From assembly GCA_965219535.1 (NCBI GenBank), contig CBDCNV010000002.1:1-32000 (forward strand): a DNA stretch of 32,000 nt, in the 5' to 3' direction. The notes beneath the pieces are model-generated. The model saw only the letters and a program-made list of their open reading frames with translations. It searched no databases and had not been told where the DNA came from. Below are positions 1 through 8,985 of the stretch, piece after piece. This DNA comes from Opitutales bacterium (GTDB taxonomy: Bacteria; Verrucomicrobiota; Verrucomicrobiia; Opitutales; PNEW01). Position numbers and translations under genes: made by a program. The first letter of the stretch is position 1, and each line of letters opens with the position of its first letter.

Positions 1-424
1 TAAATCTTCGGTTGTCATTACGATCATATAAACCAGCACCTTCCAGATATTTGGGGTGTTCAATAAATTCGTCGTAAACAAACTGGCAATCTCGCTCAAT
101 CCAATAGCGTGGGGTATGTAATTTTCCAAGAGCACCCGTACGGTATCCATGCTCTCGATACCATTTGAAAATACTGGTCATTCGCTGCTGCGGTTCTGGT
201 CCATATAGTCCGTAGTATCCGTGCGTTGATGGATAAAGAGAAGAGAGATAGCTGATACGGCTAGGAGTGCAAATCGGACAATTGCTATAAGCATTTGTGA
301 ACCGTATACCTTCAGAGGCGAGTCGATCAAGATGAGGTGTCTTTACATCTGGGTGGTCGTAGGATGAAAGGCAACGAGCATTATGTTGATCACTGAAAAG
401 GAATAGTACGTTTGGCCGTGTCAT
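1..424 (-). CDS. Sulfatase (formylglycine type), N-terminal 141 codons; gene runs off the window start
   Basis: Not in the ORF track. Reverse translation from the ATG at 424-422 gives MTRPNVLFLFSDQHNARCLSSYDHPDVKTPHLDRLASEGIRFTNAYSNCPICTPSRISYL... It has the SDQH start and the C-T-P-S-R (CxPxR) formylglycine motif. Confidence 0.85.
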   Translation of the reverse strand, partial: MTRPNVLFLFSDQHNARCLSSYDHPDVKTPHLDRLASEGIRFTNAYSNCPICTPSRISYLSSLYPSTHGYYGLYGPEPQQRMTSIFKWYREHGYRTGALGKLHTPRYWIERDCQFVYDEFIEHPKYLEGAGLYDRNDNRRF

Positions 425-551
425 TTTTTTAATAGAGGAAGTTAATTACTTAAAACTACTGTCTGTAATCCTTAAGTGGCGGATTATAACGCGAACCCAC
501 TTTATTATTACACTTGTATCATCATACATTACTACTAAAATATGCCACCAA

Positions 552-1520
552 TCACAAAGGCCGTCCGGGTAAAATTTGCGCCCCGTGTTTTTTATCCCAG
601 TTATCCTGCGCAGTCTGTAACACACGCATTGCAGGCAATACCGATTCGCCAGTGACCGCCGGTGGATGGCCGTCTTTTACCGCTTGAACAAAATCACGCG
701 TTACAAGCGCGCAATTTTCAGGTTCCAGCTCCATTGCTTCCTCACCCTCACTCGTGGTAAACTTATTTTGATTGATATCAATTCGGTAAGTATCGCAATC
801 CGTAATGATCAGGGCATCCCACATATTCTCTCGACTGTAATAGGATCCATTGCAAACCAACGACTGATCTTTTACTGTCTCAATGCCGAGAAAAACTTCC
901 ATCGGTATGCCCGTTTTTGGGTCGGGTGTGGGCATGAAACTGTGAACCTCTCGTACCGGTTCATTTAATAACCATAAGCCCATATCCAGTGAATGAGTAA
1001 TGTGATGCCAAAGTAGATTATCTGTCCAACTACGCCTATACCCTGTCCCGCCCACGTTTTCCAATCGATGAATATAAAACCGGGTAACTACTTGCCTTAT
1101 ATTTTCCTCACCCCCTACCACTCTATTCCGTAAAGCTATTGTCGAACGTCTGAAGCGCAAGGGATGCACAACTCCCAGCGTTAATCCGCTTTTATGGCTG
1201 GCCTCAACGACGCGCTCCGAATCTTTCAGGTTCATCGCGATAGGAATTTCGACGAGCGTATGCTTGCCCGCAGCTAATGACGCCAATGCATTTTCTGCGT
1301 GTATCTCACTGGGTGTAGCAAGTATGACAATATCAATTTCATCGTCCGCGAGCGCTTCGGAAAGATCCACTGTCCACTTGCGGTAACCATATAGCTCGGC
1401 AAAGGCCTTCGTCGGGTCGGGTCGCCTCCCGACAATCGTATGAAGACAACAATCCCTGTCTTTCAGGGCATCAGAGTGCCACACTCCCATCATACCGTGA
1501 CCTGCCATGCAAATATTCAT
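552..1520 (-). CDS. Gfo/Idh/MocA family NAD(P)-dependent oxidoreductase
   Basis: 322-aa ORF. N-terminal Rossmann start (MAGHGMMG), then DIVILATPSEIH and the EIPIA motif typical of the family. Only 3 nt from the upstream gene. Confidence 0.8.
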   Translation of the reverse strand: MNICMAGHGMMGVWHSDALKDRDCCLHTIVGRRPDPTKAFAELYGYRKWTVDLSEALADDEIDIVILATPSEIHAENALASLAAGKHTLVEIPIAMNLKDSERVVEASHKSGLTLGVVHPLRFRRSTIALRNRVVGGEENIRQVVTRFYIHRLENVGGTGYRRSWTDNLLWHHITHSLDMGLWLLNEPVREVHSFMPTPDPKTGIPMEVFLGIETVKDQSLVCNGSYYSRENMWDALIITDCDTYRIDINQNKFTTSEGEEAMELEPENCALVTRDFVQAVKDGHPPAVTGESVLPAMRVLQTAQDNWDKKHGAQILPGRPL

Positions 1521-1523
1521 CCT

Positions 1524-2507
1524 TTATTGGTCCACGCGGTAGAGCGGTTCTTTACCTGCCGCAATTTGTTCTATATTGCGCGCGGCCGCAGCAGCCCGCT
1601 TCCGTGAAGTCCCGTCCGTTACGCCTGATATATGATTCGTCGCGATGACATTGGGTAGATTAAAAAGGGGAGAACTGAGGTCTGGGGGCTCCTGGCCATA
1701 GGCATCAAGCCCGGCTCCACCTAATTTACCCTTCGATAATGCTTCAGCTAAAGCTTCCTCATCTGCCAGTGCGCCCCGCGCAACATTGATAAAAAAAGCG
1801 GTCGGCTTCATCAGGCCGAATCTGCGCGCGTCAATGATATGGCGCGTTTCTTTATTCAAATGCAAATGGACGGATAGTACATCGGACTCCGCTACGATTT
1901 TATCGAGCGCGTCGGGTTTTCCGATAAACTCGAGACCGAATTCTCTAATTTCATCGTCACTCACTTCGCGAATATCGATAGCGGATATTTTCATCCCAAA
2001 AGGTAAAGCTCTTCGCGCCAGTTCGATCGCACTCGCTCCAAAACCCACCAAACCCAATTTCAAACCATCGAGCTCTTTTCCTACTGGTCGATAAAATTTT
2101 CCCGCCTTCAAATTTCCCTGCGTTTCATTGTATTGCCTTGCAAGCATCAGCATAAACATCATCGCGCATTCCGCCAAGGCGACCGCACTGAATGGTCCCG
2201 GACAGTTGGCAACGGGAATCTTTTTTTCACGCCAGTAATCCAAATCGAAATGATCGAGTCCGGTCCCAAGAACCTGCCATAGTTTAACTTTTTCCGACGC
2301 GATATCAGCCATTTCTCTTGTCCCTGCCGCCCCGCCGTGGTCAATGACGACATCAACACCTTCAAACTGTGGAGCTAGTGGCTTATCATAATCGCAGACG
2401 CTTAATTCATGACGGTCGTCGATCGCCATCACCACATCCAACTCCCAGGGATTTGCGATCTCTATGACTGGATGTGGTAAAAACAATACTTTAATATTCT
2501 TACTCAT
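1524..2507 (-). CDS. D-isomer-specific 2-hydroxyacid dehydrogenase
   Basis: 327 aa. GLVGFGASAIELARRA (GxGxxG NAD site), NVARGALADEEAL and TNHISG (catalytic R/E/H region). Confidence 0.85.
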   Translation of the reverse strand: MSKNIKVLFLPHPVIEIANPWELDVVMAIDDRHELSVCDYDKPLAPQFEGVDVVIDHGGAAGTREMADIASEKVKLWQVLGTGLDHFDLDYWREKKIPVANCPGPFSAVALAECAMMFMLMLARQYNETQGNLKAGKFYRPVGKELDGLKLGLVGFGASAIELARRALPFGMKISAIDIREVSDDEIREFGLEFIGKPDALDKIVAESDVLSVHLHLNKETRHIIDARRFGLMKPTAFFINVARGALADEEALAEALSKGKLGGAGLDAYGQEPPDLSSPLFNLPNVIATNHISGVTDGTSRKRAAAAARNIEQIAAGKEPLYRVDQ

Positions 2508-2543
2508 TAAAAACTTTCTGTCGTAAAAAAACTATCCTTGGAA

Positions 2544-3377
2544 CTACTTACTCCAATATATTGCATCGGCGTTGTCACCCATAATGGCTGCTAAATCTGG
2601 TTCACTTAAATAAGTATAATAGCGCTCTTGGAGCGCGAGTACACTGGCATAACTGCTATTGAGAATAACATGGGGGAAATCACTACCCCAAATTAAACGC
2701 TTTGGACCATATGTTTCAAATAGTGCTTTAAAAATGTCATGGCAGTCGGTGTAGGGCCAGGATTCTTTTGAATGATAATAATAGCCGGTAACTTTCACTG
2801 AGACTTGAGGGAATTTACTCATCGCTAAAAGCGATTTAAATGCTGGCGCGGCCCTGCCAGCAGCGATATCCGGGTTTGCCATGTGATCAATGAGAAGTGG
2901 GACTTGTGGATAGCGTTCTGCAATTGCTGAGAGTGCCGGGAGGTGCTCGCTATTCATGAGCAGGTTTACCGCAATTCCCAGCTCCTGCGCAGCTTCCCAA
3001 ACCACATAGGATGCCGATTTACCGAAAATTTTCTCTTCCCCGTCCACGCTCGGGCGCATCCGCAATCCTTTACAACCCCGCTCCGTGACCCAGTATTTTA
3101 AACGTTCAGCCGCATCCGCTTCACGTGGATCGACATAACAGACCGCGGCCAGGTGTTCGGGGTCAGCAGCCGCACTGTCCGCGACATAGGAATTATCTTC
3201 ACTTGGGAAGAGCGGTTGAACAAGCACCGCTTTATTCACTCCGTGCTCCCCCATGTATTGCTTTAATAATTCGACCGGGACATCGGAACAGGGACTGACA
3301 ATAGTTACCGCCGGGGCGGGATGATTGCGTACCGCTCGCCAGACATGAAGATGTGCGTCAATGACCATACCCTGCAA
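2544..3377 (-). CDS. Amidohydrolase-2 family metal-dependent hydrolase (TIM barrel)
   Basis: 277 aa. VIDAHLHVW near the N-terminus, LIDHMANP, WGSDFPH. The true start may be the internal ATG at 3368 (MVIDAH...). Confidence 0.75.
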   Translation of the reverse strand: MQGMVIDAHLHVWRAVRNHPAPAVTIVSPCSDVPVELLKQYMGEHGVNKAVLVQPLFPSEDNSYVADSAAADPEHLAAVCYVDPREADAAERLKYWVTERGCKGLRMRPSVDGEEKIFGKSASYVVWEAAQELGIAVNLLMNSEHLPALSAIAERYPQVPLLIDHMANPDIAAGRAAPAFKSLLAMSKFPQVSVKVTGYYYHSKESWPYTDCHDIFKALFETYGPKRLIWGSDFPHVILNSSYASVLALQERYYTYLSEPDLAAIMGDNADAIYWSK

Positions 3378-3415
3378 TCGATTCTAAATCATAATCCTAT
3401 CATTACATTTAAAAT

Positions 3416-4216
3416 TTAATAGGGTATGATACCGCCGGCCACATTGATTGTATCGGAAGTCATGTAATTGGCGTCGTCAGAGGCCAGAAAGGCAACAACA
3501 TTGGCCACATCCTCTGGTTTCTGAATTCGCCCTAAAGGAATACCGGCAACTATTTTCTCAAGTACAGAACCGCGGGGGACTCCTTCCAAATCTGCTATTT
3601 CACGGTCGATAAGTTCCCACATCGGTGTGTCGACAATGCCGGCACAAACACAGTTTACAAGAATCTGGTGTTCTGAAAGTTCAAGCCCGAGTTGTCTTCC
3701 AAAACCTACAACTGCATGCTTGCTCGCTGCATATGCTCCAAGCGGCACCGCTTTACCCGGGGCCATTTTCCCGGCTCCTGAAGCATTAATAATGATCCGC
3801 CCCCCTTTGCCCTGCTTAATCATTTGTTTTGCGGCTGCTTTACTGCATAGAAATGTGCCTTTAGCGTTCACTTCCATGAGCCGGTCCCAAGTCTCGTCTT
3901 CTGTATCTATTAATGGGACTACCGCACCGATCCCCGCGTTGTTGACAAGAATGTCAAGCTGACTGAACGCATTGATCGTTTCGTCGATCATCTTCTCAAT
4001 GTCCTCTTTTTTGGTAACATCGACTTTTAATCCGATCGCCTTCCCGTTGGTACCATTAATTTCAGCCGCTGCAGCTTCTGCAGTATCACCATCAATATCG
4101 GTAATAACTACAGCGACACCCTCACTTGCTAAGCGTTGAGCAATGGCTTTGCCGATTCCTCGACCAGCGCCGGTTACAATTCCGGCTTTCCCCTGAAGTT
4201 CCTCATACTTTGGCAT
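3416..4216 (-). CDS. Short-chain dehydrogenase/reductase, acetoin reductase / 2,3-butanediol dehydrogenase-like
   Basis: 266 aa. TGAGRGIGKAIA (TGxxxGxG), NNAG, YAASKHAV (YxxxK), and GIVDTPMWELIDR resembling BudC-type enzymes. Confidence 0.85.
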   Translation of the reverse strand: MPKYEELQGKAGIVTGAGRGIGKAIAQRLASEGVAVVITDIDGDTAEAAAAEINGTNGKAIGLKVDVTKKEDIEKMIDETINAFSQLDILVNNAGIGAVVPLIDTEDETWDRLMEVNAKGTFLCSKAAAKQMIKQGKGGRIIINASGAGKMAPGKAVPLGAYAASKHAVVGFGRQLGLELSEHQILVNCVCAGIVDTPMWELIDREIADLEGVPRGSVLEKIVAGIPLGRIQKPEDVANVVAFLASDDANYMTSDTINVAGGIIPY

Positions 4217-4277
4217 GGTATACTCCTTCTAATATAAGCTGTTAATATTAAATCTTATCAATTCACTTTATCCTCAC

Positions 4278-4748
4278 TCAGGATTTCTTCAGATCCATTT
4301 CCATCAATTCGAGAATGAATCCATCCGGGTCTTTGAAGAACACAACTTTGACGACACCGTAGTCCCAATCCTCTCCCAAATCAAAACTTACGGGTACGGA
4401 GATAAATTCTACCCCTTTTTTTTCTAATTCATCACAAGTTGCCGGTAAGTTGTCTACGCCAAAACAAAAGTGTGAATGATTGGCCATACCCAATGCCGCA
4501 TTAGAAACGTCTCCTTTGGGTTCAATATACTGCTGTAAATCGATGAGGATATCAGGGGTGTCGGGACAGGCGAGCCGTACAACCTGCATGACAACACCGG
4601 GTTTGCCCGCCATCTCAGATATTGTCTCTCCATCGAGTAGATGTCGTTCAACTTCTTCTAAACCCAGGACTTCTTTATAGAAGGGTAATGATTTTTCCAA
4701 ATCACTCACGGTTACAGCCACATGATCTAAGTTTTTTACAATTCCCAT
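4278..4748 (-). CDS. VOC (glyoxalase/bleomycin-resistance/dioxygenase) family protein
   Basis: 156 aa. LDHVAVTVSDLEKSLPFYKEVLGL start and HFCFGVD...VEF...DPDGFILEL end are typical of paired beta-alpha-beta-beta-beta VOC modules. Confidence 0.75.
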   Translation of the reverse strand: MGIVKNLDHVAVTVSDLEKSLPFYKEVLGLEEVERHLLDGETISEMAGKPGVVMQVVRLACPDTPDILIDLQQYIEPKGDVSNAALGMANHSHFCFGVDNLPATCDELEKKGVEFISVPVSFDLGEDWDYGVVKVVFFKDPDGFILELMEMDLKKS

Positions 4749-4771
4749 AATGTTTCCTTTATATAATTTAA

Positions 4772-5971
4772 TTATTCAAATAACGAGGCCGGCGATTCAA
4801 AGGTATTTTCTAAAGTTTTTAAAAATTTTGCGGCTGCAACGCCATCCACGGCTCGATGATCGGCGTTTATTGTAACTTGCATTATCGGTCGAATTTCGAT
4901 TTTTCCCTCAACCCCGACTGGTGTGTCCTTCACTGTTCCAACAGATAGAATCCCCACTTCGGGCGGATTTAATATGGAGGTGAACTGTTCGACACCATAC
5001 ATACCAAGATTAGATAGAGTAAAAGTGCTTCCGCTCATCTCCTCTTTTTTCAGGCGTTGCTTACGTGCACGATCCGCTAGCTCATTCAACTTTAAATGGA
5101 TCTTCTCCATCGTCAGACTTTGTGCATTGCGAATAACCGGAATCATCAATCCATCATCCAGAGCAACCGCTACTCCGAGATGGACCGCATTATAGCGATG
5201 AATTTCATCGTCAATTATATGTCCATTGAGCTCGCGGTGTTGGGTTAGTGTCTTGGCAACCCCAAGACACAAGAGCGAAGACAGCTTAATTTTGCTTTCA
5301 CCTTTTGCCTGTTTTTTATTCCAATCATCAATTCGACTTATCGCTTCGCTCATATCGATTGAAAGGGTCAAGGATATAGGCGGTGCGTTTAGATGACTTT
5401 GTATCACACGCTGTACAATAGCTCGGCGCATGCCTTTCATCTCAATAACATCGTAGGCATTTTTCTTTATAAGATCATCGATCTTAATGCTTCCGACATC
5501 CAAAACGTCTTTGGCCTGGATTGCACGATCAGCAAGCGAAGCCGAAAGGGCCGATAAATCTATGTCCAACTCAATAGCTAAACGCCTCGCTTTAGGCGAA
5601 GCGGCTACCAATTTCGACTTTTTTCTACGCGTGCTGGTTGTCGTTACTGATCCTAAAACGCGGAGCTTTGATACACCTTGTGTTTCGCTAACCTCAGCGC
5701 TCGATAAGATTGTCTCTTTCGGAATTTCTTCTCCTTCCTCCAAAAGATACGCTATTACCTGGCCAATCGGCACTTTATCGCCGGGGCTGGCTGAAACATT
5801 GGATAATATTCCTGATCCTGGTGACTCTATTTCAATTACTGCCTTGTCGGTCTCGACTTCAAACAACAGGTCTCCCTTGCTAACGCTCTCTCCATCGGAT
5901 TTTAACCAGCTTATCAGAACACCCACATCCTGAGCCATCTCTAACGCGGGCATCACTATTTCTATCGCCAC
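4772..5971 (-). CDS. acoC: Dihydrolipoamide acyltransferase (E2) of a 2-oxoacid/acetoin dehydrogenase complex
   Basis: 399 aa. Lipoyl domain with VETDKAVIEIES, peripheral subunit-binding motif ASPKARRLAIELDIDL, and catalytic DHRAVDG near the C-terminus. Confidence 0.9.
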   Translation of the reverse strand: MAIEIVMPALEMAQDVGVLISWLKSDGESVSKGDLLFEVETDKAVIEIESPGSGILSNVSASPGDKVPIGQVIAYLLEEGEEIPKETILSSAEVSETQGVSKLRVLGSVTTTSTRRKKSKLVAASPKARRLAIELDIDLSALSASLADRAIQAKDVLDVGSIKIDDLIKKNAYDVIEMKGMRRAIVQRVIQSHLNAPPISLTLSIDMSEAISRIDDWNKKQAKGESKIKLSSLLCLGVAKTLTQHRELNGHIIDDEIHRYNAVHLGVAVALDDGLMIPVIRNAQSLTMEKIHLKLNELADRARKQRLKKEEMSGSTFTLSNLGMYGVEQFTSILNPPEVGILSVGTVKDTPVGVEGKIEIRPIMQVTINADHRAVDGVAAAKFLKTLENTFESPASLFE

Positions 5972-5982
5972 AACGAAATTCC

Positions 5983-6984
5983 CTAATTATCTAGTAACTG
6001 GTTTGTTACTCTGACTATCCCCTCCACATTGGGTATCGTCTGATCTTCTAAAATCGGAGAAAAGGGAACGGGAACATCCATCGCGCCCATTCTATACACT
6101 GGAGAATCGAGATGATAAAATGCTTTCTCATTGATCACCGAAGCGACCTCCGCTGTTACCCCAAAACTTTGATAGCCCTCGTCTATAACGATACATCGTG
6201 AGGTCTTCATCGCCGATTCCACAAGCATATCCTCGTCGATAGGAGTTAAACTTCTCAAATCGATAACTTCAGCTGACACCCCCTCTTCGCCAAGTTTTAA
6301 CGCCGCTTCAAGAGCGACTAAAACCATGCTCGAAGTCGCAATTAAGGTAATATCATCCCCTTCACGCTTGAGATCAGCTTTTCCAAAGGGGATCGTGTAA
6401 TCCTCCTCAGGCTCGGGGACGAGACCTTTAATTTGATAGTTCATTTTGTCTTCAAAGAATATAACAGGGTTGTTATCGCGAATGGCCGTCTTAAGCATAC
6501 CTTTCGCATCGTAAGGAGTAGATGGCAGCATGACTTTAAGCCCGGGGATATGAGCGACCCAAGCCTGTAGGCTCTGTGAATGCTGTGCTGCCGCTCGCTT
6601 ACCCGCTCCCATGAGGGTCCGAATGACCAGAGGAACCTGGTAATTACCACCTGACATATAATGCGTTTTGGCCGCCTGATTAACCAAGGCGTCCATAACA
6701 AGCGTGAGGAAATCGCAAAACATGATTTCAACAATCGGCCGCAACCCGGTCATCGCCATGCCGACTCCAACTCCGGTTATTCCCGCCTCTGATATCGGTG
6801 TATCCAGTATCCGTTCAGGACCAAATTTGCTGAGAACACCGTCGGTTACTTTAAAAACACCTTGGGCATTTGCCACATCTTCACCGATGAGAATTACCTT
6901 TTCATCGCGCTGCATCTCTTCGCAGATGGCTTCATTAATCGCCTGAATAATCGTGATCTCGCGTGTATTATTCTGCGTAGACAT
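5983..6984 (-). CDS. acoB: TPP-dependent dehydrogenase E1 beta subunit
   Basis: 333 aa. GEDV...GVFKVT, DTPISE, transketolase-like pyrimidine-binding and C-terminal domains. Overlaps E1 alpha by 17 nt. Confidence 0.9.
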   Translation of the reverse strand: MSTQNNTREITIIQAINEAICEEMQRDEKVILIGEDVANAQGVFKVTDGVLSKFGPERILDTPISEAGITGVGVGMAMTGLRPIVEIMFCDFLTLVMDALVNQAAKTHYMSGGNYQVPLVIRTLMGAGKRAAAQHSQSLQAWVAHIPGLKVMLPSTPYDAKGMLKTAIRDNNPVIFFEDKMNYQIKGLVPEPEEDYTIPFGKADLKREGDDITLIATSSMVLVALEAALKLGEEGVSAEVIDLRSLTPIDEDMLVESAMKTSRCIVIDEGYQSFGVTAEVASVINEKAFYHLDSPVYRMGAMDVPVPFSPILEDQTIPNVEGIVRVTNQLLDN

Positions 6985-7939
6985 GATCTGTTACGGCTTC
7001 AGGGTTTGGGTAGGCGGCTTGTTGGGCAATTTCTATTCCCTTCTCAATTTCTTGAGCAACTTCCCCTTGAATGTTATCACAATCACTCTCGGTTATGTCC
7101 TCCACCGTCGAAAGATGTTGTTTATAGTTGTCGATGGGATCGCGTTTTTCCCGCCATTCACTTTCTTCTTCACGGGTGCGGTAGGCGCGGTTTCGATCAC
7201 CCATTCCATGACCGTAATAGCGGTAAGTACTGAAGACGAGAAAACTCGGGCCCTCTCCTTTTCGCGCGAGTTCAACCGCTGAGGAGGTCGCTTCGTAGAC
7301 TGCCAAAACATTCATCCCATCTACAGTTACCGATGGAATACTATAGGCCTCGCCACGCATTTTTATCGTCCCCGCGGTTACCTGCCTCATGGGTGTGTAT
7401 TCACCGTACTGGTTATTTTCACAGGCGAATATTATAGGTAAATTCCAAATCGATGCCATGTTCATGGACTCAGCAAGGATTCCCTGGTTTAATGCACCAT
7501 CACCAAAAAAACTGACACTCACTCGATTATTTTTTTGTAATTTAGCGCTGAGTGCCGCGCCCGTGGCAATTGAGATTCCTCCTCCAACGATGCCATTAGC
7601 TCCAAGATTTCCGCTTTTCTGGTTGGCGATGTGCATGGAGCCCCCTTTTCCCTGGCAGTATCCATCCACTTTGCCGAATAATTCTGCGAACATCCGGCTC
7701 ACTTCTGCCCCCTTCGCCAGGCAGTGTCCATGCCCCCGGTGTGTGCTCGTTATATAGTCATCGGTATTTAAAGCTGCACAAACTCCAACCGGCACGGCTT
7801 CCTGTCCGACTGAAACATGCGCGATACCCGGGATCTGCGCTTTTTCAAATAACCGTAATACCTGCTCTTCAAACCCTCGCACCGTCATCATCTGACGGTA
7901 TAATTTTAAAAGAAAATCTCTCTCATATTCTCTGGTCAT
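6968..7939 (-). CDS. acoA: TPP-dependent dehydrogenase E1 alpha subunit (acetoin:acceptor oxidoreductase-like)
   Basis: 323 aa. ITSTHRGHGHCLAKG, GKGGSMHIA, GANGIVGGG and the TPP motif GDGALNQG...ENNQYG. As I recall them, these strings closely parallel AcoA proteins. Confidence 0.9.
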   Translation of the reverse strand: MTREYERDFLLKLYRQMMTVRGFEEQVLRLFEKAQIPGIAHVSVGQEAVPVGVCAALNTDDYITSTHRGHGHCLAKGAEVSRMFAELFGKVDGYCQGKGGSMHIANQKSGNLGANGIVGGGISIATGAALSAKLQKNNRVSVSFFGDGALNQGILAESMNMASIWNLPIIFACENNQYGEYTPMRQVTAGTIKMRGEAYSIPSVTVDGMNVLAVYEATSSAVELARKGEGPSFLVFSTYRYYGHGMGDRNRAYRTREEESEWREKRDPIDNYKQHLSTVEDITESDCDNIQGEVAQEIEKGIEIAQQAAYPNPEAVTDHVYAE

Positions 7940-8171
7940 GTGCTCAATCTAACAAAAATTCTTATCTTCTTAATTTCTCCTGATGTAAATTCAATTACTT
8001 ATAACGATCTCATTGCATTATCCTGCCAGCGACAAATCCACTGCAATTTCTTTTAACTTTTTTTTAACATTACAACTCTTGATTATTTTTACTAAATAAA
8101 TATCATAAATGTCGAAAATTTATATTATATACAGAAACTAATTACTCCTAATATTTCAATTCACCTTCAGA
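7940..8171. promoter_or_regulatory. AT-rich divergent intergenic region between the aco-like operon and the Fur-like gene (presumed promoters/operators)
   Basis: 232 nt, strongly AT-rich, flanked by divergent start codons. No specific -35/-10 or Fur-box could be assigned with confidence. Confidence 0.4.
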
Positions 8172-8570
8172 ATGCCTAATAAGACTTTACGCGCAACAAA
8201 ACAACGTCACGCCATTAGGAAAGCATTTGACGCGACAAACCGTCCGCTAGGGCCGAAAGAAATTTTGCAAATCGCTGGAAGATCGGTCCCGAATCTGGGA
8301 ATTGCCACTGTCTATCGCAATATCAAAGTGATGATCGATGAAGGGGAATTGGAAACTGTAGAACTCCCAGGTCAGGCAGCACGCTACCAGCCCCCTGCCG
8401 ATGAGAATCAGCAGCTTCTTATTTGCGAAAAAGATGATTCCGTATTCACGATTAATAAGGAAATTGATGGCTTCCATCCGGATCTACCTGACGGCTTTGT
8501 CTTAAAGCGCTATCAAATTATATATTACGGGGATTATCAGGAATCACCTGATGAGACTAATCGCAGGTAA
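8172..8570 (+). CDS. Fur-family-like transcriptional regulator with degenerate metal sites
   Basis: 132 aa. ATKQRHAIRKAF...GIATVYRNIKVMIDEGEL winged-helix typical of Fur. ENQQLLICEKDD sits where Fur has HHxHxxCxxC, and there is no C-terminal CxxC. Confidence 0.7.
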   Translation: MPNKTLRATKQRHAIRKAFDATNRPLGPKEILQIAGRSVPNLGIATVYRNIKVMIDEGELETVELPGQAARYQPPADENQQLLICEKDDSVFTINKEIDGFHPDLPDGFVLKRYQIIYYGDYQESPDETNRR

Positions 8571-8851
8571 ATAGTGGGGTGTTCCTATCAACGAAAATTT
8601 AAACCCGGTTCAGCGCATGTCCGTAAAAGAGTGCGATTATATTCATCACATTTCAATCTGCCTACTTTGCACGAGTAGAGGTCGGGTGTAAGCTTCACAT
8701 TTCTTTATACTCTTCTTTAGAATCGATCGTTCGCATGCTTGCGACTGTATCGCTCATCCTGATCTCGCATGTTGCTTTGATTACCTCATCATCCCTACTA
8801 AAACCGTTGACAAGAGTAGCGATTATTTTCCTTTGATTTGTGTTTGAATAA

Positions 8852-8929
8852 CGGGGCGTAGCACAGCCTGGTTAGTGCGCCTGCTTTGGGAGCAGGAGGT
8901 CGCTGGTTCGAATCCAGTCGCCCCGACCA
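8852..8929 (+). tRNA. tRNA-Pro (anticodon UGG), CCA encoded
   Basis: Hand-folded cloverleaf. Acceptor CGGGGCG/CGCCCCG, D arm GCAC-AGCCTGGTTA-GTGC, anticodon arm CCTGC-TTTGGGA-GCAGG (UGG), variable AGGTC, T arm GCTGG-TTCGAAT-CCAGT, A-CCA. 78 nt. Confidence 0.9.
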
Positions 8930-8949
8930 TTATCTATCGACATTTTTCT

Positions 8950-8977
8950 AAATTTGCTAATACTATTTAGCAAATTT
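8950..8977. promoter_or_regulatory. Perfect 11-bp inverted repeat (AAATTTGCTAA-N6-TTAGCAAATTT) between the tRNA and the integrase start
   Basis: Seen directly. It ends 8 nt before the int ATG (8986). Could be an operator for int or a weak tRNA terminator. Confidence 0.35.
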
Positions 8978-8985
8978 TAATTTAG

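Noticed and set aside
5487-5933. 148-aa plus-strand ORF. Similar antisense ORFs occur at 666-968, 1786-2094, 3627-3962, 4923-5195, 6704-7282 and 7389-7757, all inside the minus-strand operon genes.
   Set aside because: Each lies entirely antisense to a gene with strong family motifs. Their compositions are low-complexity and S/R/P-rich, typical of shadow ORFs, and none has a motif.
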